Assembly: GCA_943356525.1 (NCBI GenBank)
Contig: CALRFG010000001.1
Location: forward strand, 7,278-71,277
Direction of reading: 5' to 3'
Length of the DNA: 64,000 nt
Source: Candidatus Nomurabacteria bacterium
GTDB lineage: Bacteria; Patescibacteriota; Minisyncoccia; Phycocordibacterales; CAIZLB01
Part shown: positions 47,795 through 57,564 of the stretch, piece after piece
Numbering within the stretch: position 1 is the stretch's first letter
How the letters are laid out: the number at the start of each line of letters is the position of its first letter
Program-made: the position numbers and the translations under genes
Notes under the pieces: generated by a model
Told to the model about the DNA's origin: nothing
Database searches by the model: none
Seen by the model: the letters and a program-made list of their open reading frames with translations, nothing else

Positions 47795-48709
47795 ATGACT
47801 ATAAATGAATGTATTAGAAATTTTCTAGAGTATTTAGAAATAGAAAAAGGTCGTAGCCTTAAGACTATAGATAATTATAGTCGCTATTTAAATTACTTTG
47901 AAAAATACCTTTACACTAAGGACATAAAAGACATAAAAGACATTAAAAGGCAGGATATAAGAGACTTTAGAATGTCTTTAAACAGAAAAAAGACATCAGG
48001 TTTTGATAAAAGTCAGGATGAGTATATAGGTAAAAAAACTCAAAACTACTATCTTATATCAATAAGGTCATTCTTGAAGTTTTTACAGAAAAATGAGATA
48101 AATGCAGTTTCACCTGAAACTATAGATTTAGCCAAGATTCCCGAAAGACATATATCTTTTATGACAGATAAAGAGCTAAATGCTTTACTTATGGCTCCTA
48201 AGTCTATAATTAATGGAGAAAACAAAGAAAAATACAGAGATACAGCCATTATAGAACTTTTATTTTCCACAGGTTTACGTGTTTCTGAGCTATGCTCTTT
48301 ACCTAACGATTTAGATTTAAGTCAAAATGAGATTTCTGTACGCGGAAAAGGTTCTAAAGTAAGGGTTGTTTTTATAACTGATGATGCAATGATAGCAGTT
48401 AAAGAGTACAAATCTAAGTTTATAGAAGGTAAAAAGATAGTTAATGATAAATTGTTTCCCGTGACACCAAGAACTATAGAAAGGATTGTCAAAAAATACT
48501 CAACAATTGCCGGAATATCAAAAAAAATAACTCCACATATACTAAGACATAGCTTTGCTACTAATCTTTTACAAAATGGTGCTGATATAAGATCAGTTCA
48601 AGCAATGCTTGGTCATTCGAATATATCAACAACACAGATATATACACATGTCACAGACTCACATCTAAAAAATATACATAAGAGTTTTCACAAAAAACCA
48701 ACAAAATAG
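47795..48709 (+). CDS. XerC/XerD-like tyrosine recombinase
   Basis: TGLRVSEL, GKGSK.R, HILRHSFAT and LGHSNISTTQIY; complete catalytic residue set. Confidence 0.94.
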   Translation: MTINECIRNFLEYLEIEKGRSLKTIDNYSRYLNYFEKYLYTKDIKDIKDIKRQDIRDFRMSLNRKKTSGFDKSQDEYIGKKTQNYYLISIRSFLKFLQKNEINAVSPETIDLAKIPERHISFMTDKELNALLMAPKSIINGENKEKYRDTAIIELLFSTGLRVSELCSLPNDLDLSQNEISVRGKGSKVRVVFITDDAMIAVKEYKSKFIEGKKIVNDKLFPVTPRTIERIVKKYSTIAGISKKITPHILRHSFATNLLQNGADIRSVQAMLGHSNISTTQIYTHVTDSHLKNIHKSFHKKPTK

Positions 48710-48730
48710 GGGAATTTGTTACATATGAAA

Positions 48731-50200
48731 CTATCTAACTTTATATTTTGACCTTATATTATGTATTTTTTCATCAATCTCTTGTTTTTTATGACTCAAA
48801 GCAACCTTATTTAACTGATCTAGTTCATCTTGGTTCATGTGTAACAACTCATTAGATATTTTCAATAGTGATTCTCTTGTGTTCAATTCAGGGTTATCTA
48901 AACATTTATCTAGTAATATATTTAAAATTATACCTATTACTGGTCCTGATTTCACGTGTAACATGTTTATTAAGTCATTACCATCTATTTTAAGCATAGA
49001 AGCATCTGTAGGATCTGCTAACACTTCCTCTATCATAGACATATATTTTCTAAGTCTATAAGGATCTTCTTTCGGTCTTCCTGTACCAACACGGTCACAT
49101 ATCCTCAGGTTTATAAGATCCCATATGTTTTCTCGCCCAACGTTTGATATCATTCGTCTTACCGCAGATTTTGTTATTTGATCTGTATCTGAAAAAAACA
49201 TGTGCCACCTTATGAGTTTTGTAACCTTGTTTATTGTTTCATGTGAAAACTTTAAATCGTTTAATATCTGCTTTGTCATCTTGGTTCCAACAACCTCATG
49301 ATTATAAAAAGTATAATCGTTCTTTTCCTTTGAAAATACACGGGTCGAAGGTTTACCTATGTCATGAAATAGGGCAGCAAGTCTTATTTCTAATGGATAA
49401 TTCTTATCTACTGCACACTGAAGACTTCTTATTAGGTGTTCAAAGACATCATAAGTATGACAACCATTTTGCTTAACATTGACAGCTTCTTTTAAGTGTA
49501 TTGTTATATATTGTAAAATATCAATTTTACTCATATATATAAATGCTTTTATAGCATCGGAGGACATAAGTATTTTACAGAACTCATCCTTTATCCTTTC
49601 TTTGGCTATTTTTTCTAATATTTGTCTCTTATCCATCGCTGATATTAAAGTGTTTGTATCAATAGAGAAGTCTAATTGGGCAGAAAATCTAATCATTCTA
49701 AGTATCCGCAATCCATCCTCTGAGAATCGCTCATTTGCCTCACCAACACACTTTATTAACTTAGCCTCTATATCAATCATCCCATTGAAAGGGTCTACCA
49801 GTGTCTTTTCTAGCGGACTATAGGCTATTGCGTTTATTGTAAAATCTCTCCTAGATAGGTCTTTATTAATATCATCGGTGTATTCAATACTATCTGGTCT
49901 CCTACCGTCAGAATAAGAACCTTCTTTTCTATAAGGTGTAACCTCAACAACACCTATTGATGTCTTAATTCCTACTGTACCGTAGTCATTTTCGTAAAAT
50001 GAGTCAGGAAACAATGCCTGTATCTCATCAGGCTTAGCATTTGTTGTTATATCCCAATCTTTAGGTATTTTATTCATTAACATGTCTCTTACGCAACCAC
50101 CGACTAAATAACCCTCATAGTTGCTATTATCTAGAGTTTCTAAAATTAAAGTTATTTCTTCAGGAATTTTAATGTCTTTTATTATTTTTGATTTGTTCAT
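48731..50200 (-). CDS. cca: tRNA nucleotidyltransferase (CCA-adding family) with HD domain
   Basis: GGCVRD, DWD, RRDFTINA, EDGLRILR and FHDIGK motifs. Confidence 0.9.
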   Translation of the reverse strand: MNKSKIIKDIKIPEEITLILETLDNSNYEGYLVGGCVRDMLMNKIPKDWDITTNAKPDEIQALFPDSFYENDYGTVGIKTSIGVVEVTPYRKEGSYSDGRRPDSIEYTDDINKDLSRRDFTINAIAYSPLEKTLVDPFNGMIDIEAKLIKCVGEANERFSEDGLRILRMIRFSAQLDFSIDTNTLISAMDKRQILEKIAKERIKDEFCKILMSSDAIKAFIYMSKIDILQYITIHLKEAVNVKQNGCHTYDVFEHLIRSLQCAVDKNYPLEIRLAALFHDIGKPSTRVFSKEKNDYTFYNHEVVGTKMTKQILNDLKFSHETINKVTKLIRWHMFFSDTDQITKSAVRRMISNVGRENIWDLINLRICDRVGTGRPKEDPYRLRKYMSMIEEVLADPTDASMLKIDGNDLINMLHVKSGPVIGIILNILLDKCLDNPELNTRESLLKISNELLHMNQDELDQLNKVALSHKKQEIDEKIHNIRSKYKVR

Positions 50201-50258
50201 AAGTATGATATATTAGTTCTTATACTTGAAATATAATACTTTTTAAGTAAAATTAAAA

Positions 50259-50330
50259 GCACCTATGGTGAAATGGATATCACATCGGTCTTCGGAACCG
50301 CTGTTCTGGGTTCGAATCCTGGTGGGTGCA
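50259..50330 (+). tRNA. tRNA-Arg(TCG)
   Basis: GCACCTA/TGGGTGC acceptor stem, anticodon loop CTTCGGA, T-loop TTCGAAT. Confidence 0.92.
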
Positions 50331-50349
50331 CATGATTAAGATAGGAAAT

Positions 50350-50420
50350 GCGGGATTGGTTTAGTGGTAGAATACGTCCTTGCCAAGGATGAGACAAGAG
50401 TTCGATTCTCTTATCCCGCA
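50350..50420 (+). tRNA. tRNA-Gly(GCC)
   Basis: GCGGGAT/ATCCCGC acceptor stem; anticodon loop TTGCCAA. Confidence 0.95.
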
Positions 50421-50657
50421 CTATTTAGTAAAGGTTTTTGTGTTATTTAATGTTTTTGGTTTAGTGTTTCTATACTTATATCGGTCAAATTGTGGATAAC
50501 TATGTGTATATGTGTATAAAAGACATATTGCAACATGACTTATATCTAAACAAAATAGTCTCAGAAATCTGTCTTTATATTTACTTCATTTTTTCTTGAT
50601 TAAAACTTTATCATTTCTTTACCGGAACTTTATGTGTCTTTATGTAGAATATTGGAC

Positions 50658-51068
50658 ATGAATAACTTAAATAAAAAATTTAATAATAGTGTTGGATACA
50701 AAGGGGAGACTGCTGTTATGTATAAATTAAAGACATGTGGCTTTGAGTTATATAAAAGAAACATTAAAAAAATTGACTCAGAGATAGATATTGTAGTTTA
50801 CAAGTACAATCTGTGCAAAAAAACTTTAGATATAAGGATTATTGAAGTTAAAACAAGAAAAAGTTATGAATTTGATTTATCTACTTTTGGTATCGATAAA
50901 AAATGGAGACTTATAAGAAAGCATATTTTTAATATAAAAGAGGATATTGATCGTAAATTTGACATCCTTAATTATTCAGAGATACATTTTGATCTAGCTT
51001 TGGTTAAATATCATGAAAATGATTATAAAATATATAGATATATTAAAGACGTTAACCTAATGCTTTAG
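50658..51068 (+). CDS. YraN family PD-(D/E)xK nuclease
   Basis: GYKGE...RN...EIDIV...IEVKTR...FD. Likely start is ATG 50658. Confidence 0.82.
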   Translation: MNNLNKKFNNSVGYKGETAVMYKLKTCGFELYKRNIKKIDSEIDIVVYKYNLCKKTLDIRIIEVKTRKSYEFDLSTFGIDKKWRLIRKHIFNIKEDIDRKFDILNYSEIHFDLALVKYHENDYKIYRYIKDVNLML

Positions 51069-51116
51069 ATGTTGAGGGTTTCTTATTATTTCGTTGTGTG
51101 GTAATATCTAAACAAT

Positions 51117-51189
51117 CGGGGCGTGGTGTAACGGCTAACATGCATCACTTGGGCTGATGTGACTCTGGGTTCGAATCCCAGCGCTCCGA
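51117..51189 (+). tRNA. tRNA-Pro(TGG)
   Basis: CGGGGCG/CGCTCCG acceptor stem; anticodon loop CTTGGGC. Confidence 0.93.
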
Positions 51190-51193
51190 CAAT

Positions 51194-51499
51194 ATGTCTT
51201 TTATTAAAAATAAAGAAGACTTCATTTGCGAAAATTGTGGTTATGAAAATAAAGGTAATGGCTATACAAATCATTGCTCAAGGTGTCTTTTCAGTAAACA
51301 TGTTGATATAAACCCTGGCGACAGGTTAAATAGCTGTGGTGGGCTTATGGAGCCCATTTATGTGTCATATACAAACAATGAGAAGTATGTGATACAAAAA
51401 TGTTTGAAATGCTCTTACGAAAAGAAAAATATTTTGAGTGATAGTGATTCTGTAGATGTTATGATTAAAATTCAAAATGATTTAGCTAATAAACAATAA
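51194..51499 (+). CDS. RNHCP domain zinc-binding protein
   Basis: FICENCG...NHCSRCLFSKHVD..PGDR...CGGLMEP...C..C. Confidence 0.9.
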   Translation: MSFIKNKEDFICENCGYENKGNGYTNHCSRCLFSKHVDINPGDRLNSCGGLMEPIYVSYTNNEKYVIQKCLKCSYEKKNILSDSDSVDVMIKIQNDLANKQ

Positions 51500-51512
51500 T
51501 AAAACAGTAAAC

Positions 51513-52688
51513 CTATTTTATTATATTTAATCTTACTAGAGATTCTTTGGTGTATTGTTCCAGGGAAGACTTTAACTTAATGTCATTAAATATCTGAATA
51601 AGGCTCATGTCTATCTCTTTTTTAGTTAGTAAATCTTTGATTATAGCTAAAAACGGTTCTGTCTGTGTTTTGTTTATATTCCTCAAATCATATTCCATCA
51701 CAGCAAGAATGTGTTTTATTGTAACAACTCTAACTATTTGAGGTATTTCATTTTTAATCAGTATACTTGAAAGACCTATAAGAGTATTTGATTGACCTTG
51801 AGATATAACCATACCACCTGATGAACCATGGTCTATGTATTTTGAACCTACAACGTCAAGTAAACTGTCTTTTATATTTTGTAATGGACTACTATAAACC
51901 CTAGAAACTGAAACTAAGTCCTTTTTTTGAAATAATTGATTATAAACATTTTTTGATAAAATCTGCTGGGCAGGGTAAGAGTATATATATATACTGTTTA
52001 ACCCAGATTTATCATCGTAATTTGATATTTTTAATTTAGGGTTTACTCTAAGCGCTGTATATATATTTGAACTATCTTTTTTTAATGGTTTAATCCTACT
52101 AGACTCTATTATTGCAAAATCAAATTCTCCTGTAGAATTTTGATCGGGGTCACCGATAACATATTGATTATTTTTATCTAACCAATAATAAGGTATATAT
52201 CTGAGTGATAAGGTATGAGTTGTTGTGGTTGGGCTACCTGTTCGACCGACACATTTTTTACTTGAGTCCAATAAATGTCTTGCAACATGTGCATTTGTTA
52301 GCACAATACCTGAAACCTCATCAGGGTTGGTTAAAAAAACACCACTACCACTTGCAACTTTTGTATATTTTTCAGCAGACTCGCTACAAAAAATATTTAT
52401 TAAATAATTATGTAATTTATCATTATTTATTTTTATATATGTATCACTATTTAACTTTTGTGATGCAAAAATATTTTTTTGTATCTGTGTACTATTTAAA
52501 TTTTTATTTAGATCTAATATTAAAGGTAAAACTTTAGTATTAGATGTTGCCGTTACAGGTGAACCATTTCTTAGGGCCTTATTTTTATATGAAATATTCT
52601 TACTTGGATTATTTAATGTGTTTATACTAAATGTAAAAATGATTATTAAGCTTAGTATATAAAATAGTTTACTGTTGTATATACTCAT
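51513..52688 (-). CDS. Membrane-anchored trypsin-like serine protease
   Basis: GSGV, LTNAHV, DFAII and GSSGG (His-Asp-Ser triad). Start moved to MSIYN because the longer ORF overlaps a tRNA. Confidence 0.85.
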   Translation of the reverse strand: MSIYNSKLFYILSLIIIFTFSINTLNNPSKNISYKNKALRNGSPVTATSNTKVLPLILDLNKNLNSTQIQKNIFASQKLNSDTYIKINNDKLHNYLINIFCSESAEKYTKVASGSGVFLTNPDEVSGIVLTNAHVARHLLDSSKKCVGRTGSPTTTTHTLSLRYIPYYWLDKNNQYVIGDPDQNSTGEFDFAIIESSRIKPLKKDSSNIYTALRVNPKLKISNYDDKSGLNSIYIYSYPAQQILSKNVYNQLFQKKDLVSVSRVYSSPLQNIKDSLLDVVGSKYIDHGSSGGMVISQGQSNTLIGLSSILIKNEIPQIVRVVTIKHILAVMEYDLRNINKTQTEPFLAIIKDLLTKKEIDMSLIQIFNDIKLKSSLEQYTKESLVRLNIIK

Positions 52689-52721
52689 TATATCTGTTAT
52701 TATAACATACATTATAAACAA

Positions 52722-52792
52722 GCGGGATTGGTTTAGTGGTAGAATGACTGCCTTCCAAGCAGTAGACAAGAGTTCGATTCTCTTATCCCGCA
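52722..52792 (+). tRNA. tRNA-Gly(TCC)
   Basis: Anticodon loop CTTCCAA; body identical to tRNA-Gly(GCC) outside the anticodon arm. Confidence 0.95.
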
Positions 52793-52812
52793 CTACATAT
52801 TAGATAATAATA

Positions 52813-52852
52813 AAACAAAAAACACTTAGTTTTTACTGAGTGTTTTTTGTTT
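52813..52852. terminator. Bidirectional terminator between tRNA-Gly and HU
   Basis: AAACAAAAAACACTTAGT...ACTGAGTGTTTTTTGTTT. Confidence 0.85.
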
Positions 52853-52876
52853 ACTTAGTTAAGTTTAATTAAAAAA

Positions 52877-53149
52877 TTATTTAACTGAGTCTTTAAGTGC
52901 TTTTGCTGCACGGAATTTAGGAACATTTGTTGCTGGAACTTTAACAGGCTCTCCTGTTTTTGGGTTTCTAGCTACTCTAGCTGCTCTTTTTTTAACTGAG
53001 AATATACCTAGACCGGCTATTGAAACCTCATCACCTTTTTTAAGTGTTGAGATAATTGAATCCACAATTGTATCAACTACTGATTCTGCTTGAACCTTTG
53101 TTGATCCTAATAATTCGTGTATTTTATCAACCAATGCTGCTTTGTTCAT
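52877..53149 (-). CDS. hup: HU family DNA-binding protein
   Basis: MNKAAL...GLGIF...ARNPKTGE...PKFRA. Confidence 0.96.
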   Translation of the reverse strand: MNKAALVDKIHELLGSTKVQAESVVDTIVDSIISTLKKGDEVSIAGLGIFSVKKRAARVARNPKTGEPVKVPATNVPKFRAAKALKDSVK

Positions 53150-53264
53150 ATTTTTATTTTTGATTTGTTATGTAAATGATAATGAATAATCTTTATTACC
53201 GGAGTAATACATTAATTTTAAAGGGAAAATCTATATATTGCAATAGTTTTTTATTAGAGTATAA

Positions 53265-53834
53265 CTAGATAACTTTGTCAATAATACCATAATCTTTAGC
53301 TTCTTTGGCTGACATAAAGAAGTCTCGGTCTGCATCTTTAACTATTTTGTCATATTTTTGACCTGTATTTTTAACCAAAATCTCATATAAGTTCTTTTTT
53401 GTTTGTAGTATTTTCTTTGTCCTAATTTCAATATCGGAAGCTTGACCCTCATAACCACCTAGAGGTTGATGTATCATTATTTCAGCATTTGGTAGTGCGA
53501 ACCTTTTACCTTTGGCACCAGCTGAGAGTATCATTGCCCCCATAGAAGCAGCCATACCTACGCATATAGTAGATACATCGTTTTTTATATGATTCATTGT
53601 GTCTATTATAGCTAAACCGTCTACTACAGACCCTCCTGGTGAGTTTATGTATAGTTTTATCTCCTTTTTAGGATCCTCAGAGGCAAGAAATAATAGCTGG
53701 GCAATAATCAGACCTGCACTTTCATGCCGAACCTCATCATTCAAGAAGATAATGTTATCTTTTAATAATCTAGAGTATATATCGTATGCTCTTTCCCCTT
53801 GGGGAGTCTTTTCTATTACTGTTGGTATTAACAT
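53265..53834 (-). CDS. clpP: ATP-dependent Clp protease proteolytic subunit
   Basis: [21 protein letters not shown] and MIHQPLGG motifs. Confidence 0.97.
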   Translation of the reverse strand: MLIPTVIEKTPQGERAYDIYSRLLKDNIIFLNDEVRHESAGLIIAQLLFLASEDPKKEIKLYINSPGGSVVDGLAIIDTMNHIKNDVSTICVGMAASMGAMILSAGAKGKRFALPNAEIMIHQPLGGYEGQASDIEIRTKKILQTKKNLYEILVKNTGQKYDKIVKDADRDFFMSAKEAKDYGIIDKVI

Positions 53835-53899
53835 AGGGTCTATTATAGCAGACTATACAAATTTTTCACGTATTTACCTATATATGTTATATTTTATAT

Positions 53900-54619
53900 A
53901 TGCGTATACACAGGTTTTATATAAAAAATATAGACATAAGTTCAGAAAATACAGTTGTTACACAAGAAACAGAGCTTATTCATCAACTTAAAAATGTTTT
54001 TAGATATAAATCAGGACAAAAAATTTATTTTTTTAATGAGAAAATAGGGGAGATTGAGGTTGAAATATCAGAAATAGGTAAAAAAGACATGTCTTTTAAA
54101 TATATAAGACAAATAAGGAATATGATTGATGACAAAGAACTAGGTAAAAGTGTTTCTTTATACATCTCTACTATAAAAAATAGCAATTTTGAATTGATTA
54201 TTGAAAAAGCAGTTGAGTTGGGTGTTATTGAAATAATACCTATAACAACAGAAAGATCTATGAAAAATAGTCCAAACACTCAAAGGATAAATAAAATAAT
54301 CAAAGAGGCTACAGAACAATCAGGTAGGATTGATTTAATGAAAATCGGGGATATTGTTGATTTAAAAAATGCCATAAAAAATGCTAAAGATGTCTCTGAT
54401 ATAGTTTACTTTGGATCCCTTGAAGAAAAAGACATTGAAACTAAAGCTAATAGAAATAATCTGATGAAAATAGCGGTATTTATTGGCCCCGAAGGTGGTT
54501 TTTCTGATGAAGAGCTATCCTTGTTTAAATCTGAAAATGTAAACCCTTTAAGGCTGGGTAAGTATATCTTACGTGCTGAAACTGCTTCTATTGTAGCTTG
54601 TGGAATACTGTCTCTATAA
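53900..54619 (+). CDS. rsmE: 16S rRNA m3U1498 methyltransferase
   Basis: EKAVELGV, EATEQSGR, IGPEGGF and ILRAETA motifs. Confidence 0.96.
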   Translation: MRIHRFYIKNIDISSENTVVTQETELIHQLKNVFRYKSGQKIYFFNEKIGEIEVEISEIGKKDMSFKYIRQIRNMIDDKELGKSVSLYISTIKNSNFELIIEKAVELGVIEIIPITTERSMKNSPNTQRINKIIKEATEQSGRIDLMKIGDIVDLKNAIKNAKDVSDIVYFGSLEEKDIETKANRNNLMKIAVFIGPEGGFSDEELSLFKSENVNPLRLGKYILRAETASIVACGILSL

Positions 54620-55699
54620 TATTTTTCTTATTAGCCAGATAAATCTTTCGTTAATTTTAGTTAACAAACTTCTATTTTTCCAAGAAGTCAGATTCAGCTT
54701 TTCTGAATAAGCTATTAAATCATTAATTATATGGGTATTTAGCTCCTTTATACAATCAGTATTTAATATACCGACACCGCACTCATAATTGTACCTAAGA
54801 CTAAGGTTATCTAGGTTTAAAGTTCCAATAAATGCTTGCTTATTGTCAAATATTGAAAATTTGCTATGTAACATGTCTTTATGAAAATACACATGTACAC
54901 CAGCACTCAACAGTTTATGTATATGTGTATTTCTTGCCAAATCGACAACAGGTATCTCAGTATTTTTAGGTATTATTATATGTACATTACCATGTCTTTT
55001 AGATGCGTGAATTATTTGCCTAACCATTCTTCTATCAGGTACAAAATAAGGCGATATAAGAAAGACACTTTCTCTAGAAGCTTTTATTAATCTTATGTAA
55101 TATCTATAAATATGTCTTTTAAACTGAAGAGGTGATTGGGTTATATAATTAAAATCTGTCAAAGACATTGATTCCTCTCTTTTTGTTGAACCTATATTGA
55201 AAGTTGGATGATAAACCTTGCTCCACGTTTCATTAAAAACATTTTTGGCATTTATGACAATATCTTTGTCTTTTATAAAAATCCCAAGCTCTTTCCAGTC
55301 TATTGTTACGGAGCTTAAGCAGACACTGCCTGTAAATAGATAATCATCATCTATTATAATTGTTCTTCTATGATCTCTTAAAAACCAAAAAGTTTTTCTG
55401 TTTTTAGAGAAAGGTAATACCGAGTTGAAGAATTGGACTTTTATATTGTGATTTTCTAGTTCTTTCAAGGTTTTACTATTCGTAGAAAATTCATATGAAC
55501 CAACATGATCAAACAATAATCTGATTTTTAAAGCTTCTTTTGCCTTTAGTATCAACAGTTTTAAAATGTCAGATCCGACTTCATCGTTCACAAAGTAATA
55601 TATTTCCACATCTATAGAGTTTTTGGCATTACGTATTCTTTCTTTTATTGAATCTATAGAATCCTTTGATGTAAATGATAATTCGTAGTTTTTATCCAT
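54614..55699 (-). CDS. Cardiolipin synthase-like phospholipase D (ClsB type, no N-terminal TM)
   Basis: RLLFDHVGS, HRRTIIID, SPYFVP and HSKFSIFD motifs. Confidence 0.85.
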   Translation of the reverse strand: MDKNYELSFTSKDSIDSIKERIRNAKNSIDVEIYYFVNDEVGSDILKLLILKAKEALKIRLLFDHVGSYEFSTNSKTLKELENHNIKVQFFNSVLPFSKNRKTFWFLRDHRRTIIIDDDYLFTGSVCLSSVTIDWKELGIFIKDKDIVINAKNVFNETWSKVYHPTFNIGSTKREESMSLTDFNYITQSPLQFKRHIYRYYIRLIKASRESVFLISPYFVPDRRMVRQIIHASKRHGNVHIIIPKNTEIPVVDLARNTHIHKLLSAGVHVYFHKDMLHSKFSIFDNKQAFIGTLNLDNLSLRYNYECGVGILNTDCIKELNTHIINDLIAYSEKLNLTSWKNRSLLTKINERFIWLIRKIL

Positions 55700-55721
55700 T
55701 TACTTAAGTATAATGGTTATT

Positions 55722-57479
55722 TTAGTCGTTGGCTACCCTCAAAACCTCTTCTATACTAGTTAAGCCTTTTGCGGCTTGCATAATACCATCCTCTATCATT
55801 GTTAGCATACCATCTTTTTTAGCTTGTCTCTCTATTTTATCAGCCGTTTCGTTCTTCATTATCAGTTCCTTTATGGTTAAAGTGACTTTTAAAGCTTCGT
55901 GTATACCAATACGTCCTTTAAAACCATTATTATTTTCATCAACGATATTTGGTTTGTAAAAAATGATATCTTTCCAAGTCATTTTATCATCAATTATTTT
56001 TTCTTTTCTCATAAAAACCAAAACCCTATCCAAATCAATCTTTTTTGCCAATTGACTTAATTCATCATCATTTAACATGTGCTGTATTTTTGTTTCACTC
56101 AATCTTCTTACAAGTCTTTGTGCGATGATAATTTTAATAGTTGAAACAAGTAGAAAAGGTTCACATTTCATATCCATAAGCCGTGGAACAGCTCCTGCTG
56201 CAGAGTTTGTATGTAGAGTAGATAAAACTAAGTGCCCTGTTAAGGCTGCGTTTATAGCCAATGATGCTGTTTCATTGTCACGAATCTCTCCAATCATGAT
56301 TATATCTGGATCCTGACGTAATAATGAACGAAGACCTGAAGCAAATGTGAAACCGATATCAGAACGTATTTGCGTTTGATTTATTCGTTTAATTTGATAT
56401 TCGATCGGATCTTCAACTGTTGAGATGTTTACATCTGGGGTATTCAATATATCTAGCATTGTATACAAAGTCGTTGTCTTGCCTGATCCTGTTGGTCCTG
56501 TGGTTAGAATCATTCCTTCAGAATAGTTCAATGCATCATGCATATCTTCCAAGGCTTGTCCGTGAAAACCAAGACCTTCCAGTGTAAAACCTGACACGTT
56601 TTCACGCAAAAGTCTCATAACTATCTTTTCACCATAATATGTAGGTAAAACCGATACACGGAAAGATATCTTCTCTCCATTCATATCTATTTTGAAACGT
56701 CCATCTTGAGGTAATCTTTTTTCATCAAGTTTTAAATTAGCTAAAACTTTTATACGGGCTGTTATACTAGGACCAGAATTTTTTGGTAAAATCATTGCAT
56801 CATGAAGAAGACCGTCAAGCCTGTATCTTATGATTGTATTTTGATCACCGTGCTCTATATGAATATCAGAAACCCCTTGTATAGCAGCATGATTTAACAA
56901 TGTTTCCACTATCTTGATAACAGGTAAATCATCAGCCATCTTCTTTAAATCCTCTATATTGTCACTATCTATATCCTTTCTATCGCTGTCGATTAGTTTT
57001 AGATTTCCAATTTCTTTTTGAATAATATCACCAAAATCAGCTTTAAGACTTTTTTGATATTGCAGTAACAGGTTTTTAATAGACGCAGTGTTGGTTAATC
57101 TGGGTAAAACCCTTAACCCTGTTTTCTTTTTTATAAAATCTATAGCGTTTAAATCATCACCATCCATCAGGGCTATTTCTAGATAATCATCTTTTTTACT
57201 ATATGCAACTATACTATGCTTTCGTGCTATAGGTTCTGGTATAAGTGATAGAATGTCTATAGCGACCTTGGTTTTAGTTAAATCAACGAAGGGTATACCT
57301 ACTAAATAGGCCTGTATTCTTAAATAATCATCTTCATTTATCTTACCTAGAGCCATCAATGTATCTTGAAGAGGTTTACCTTCTTCCTCAGATTTTTTCT
57401 TAATAGTTTCATACTCCTCTTTGGATATTAAGCCTGAATCTATAATGAATTTGTATAATTGATCTTGATCTATGTGCAT
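55722..57479 (-). CDS. GspE/PilB family ATPase lacking the Cys4 zinc site
   Basis: RLPQDGR, GPTGSGKTT, LRQDPD and TGHLVLSTLHTN motifs. Start placed at MHIDQ. Confidence 0.93.
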   Translation of the reverse strand: MHIDQDQLYKFIIDSGLISKEEYETIKKKSEEEGKPLQDTLMALGKINEDDYLRIQAYLVGIPFVDLTKTKVAIDILSLIPEPIARKHSIVAYSKKDDYLEIALMDGDDLNAIDFIKKKTGLRVLPRLTNTASIKNLLLQYQKSLKADFGDIIQKEIGNLKLIDSDRKDIDSDNIEDLKKMADDLPVIKIVETLLNHAAIQGVSDIHIEHGDQNTIIRYRLDGLLHDAMILPKNSGPSITARIKVLANLKLDEKRLPQDGRFKIDMNGEKISFRVSVLPTYYGEKIVMRLLRENVSGFTLEGLGFHGQALEDMHDALNYSEGMILTTGPTGSGKTTTLYTMLDILNTPDVNISTVEDPIEYQIKRINQTQIRSDIGFTFASGLRSLLRQDPDIIMIGEIRDNETASLAINAALTGHLVLSTLHTNSAAGAVPRLMDMKCEPFLLVSTIKIIIAQRLVRRLSETKIQHMLNDDELSQLAKKIDLDRVLVFMRKEKIIDDKMTWKDIIFYKPNIVDENNNGFKGRIGIHEALKVTLTIKELIMKNETADKIERQAKKDGMLTMIEDGIMQAAKGLTSIEEVLRVAND

Positions 57480-57564
57480 ATTATTTAAAATTGACTTTGT
57501 ATACCTTATAGTATAATATACAAATCGTAGTAAATCTATTTTCCAGACATTCTTATATGAGCCG

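Noticed and set aside
47795-48709. Prophage or island integrase
   Set aside because: XerC/D-like size and motifs in housekeeping context, with no phage genes or att repeats nearby.
52689-52793. N-terminal extension of the serine protease ORF
   Set aside because: It is antisense to tRNA-Gly(TCC).
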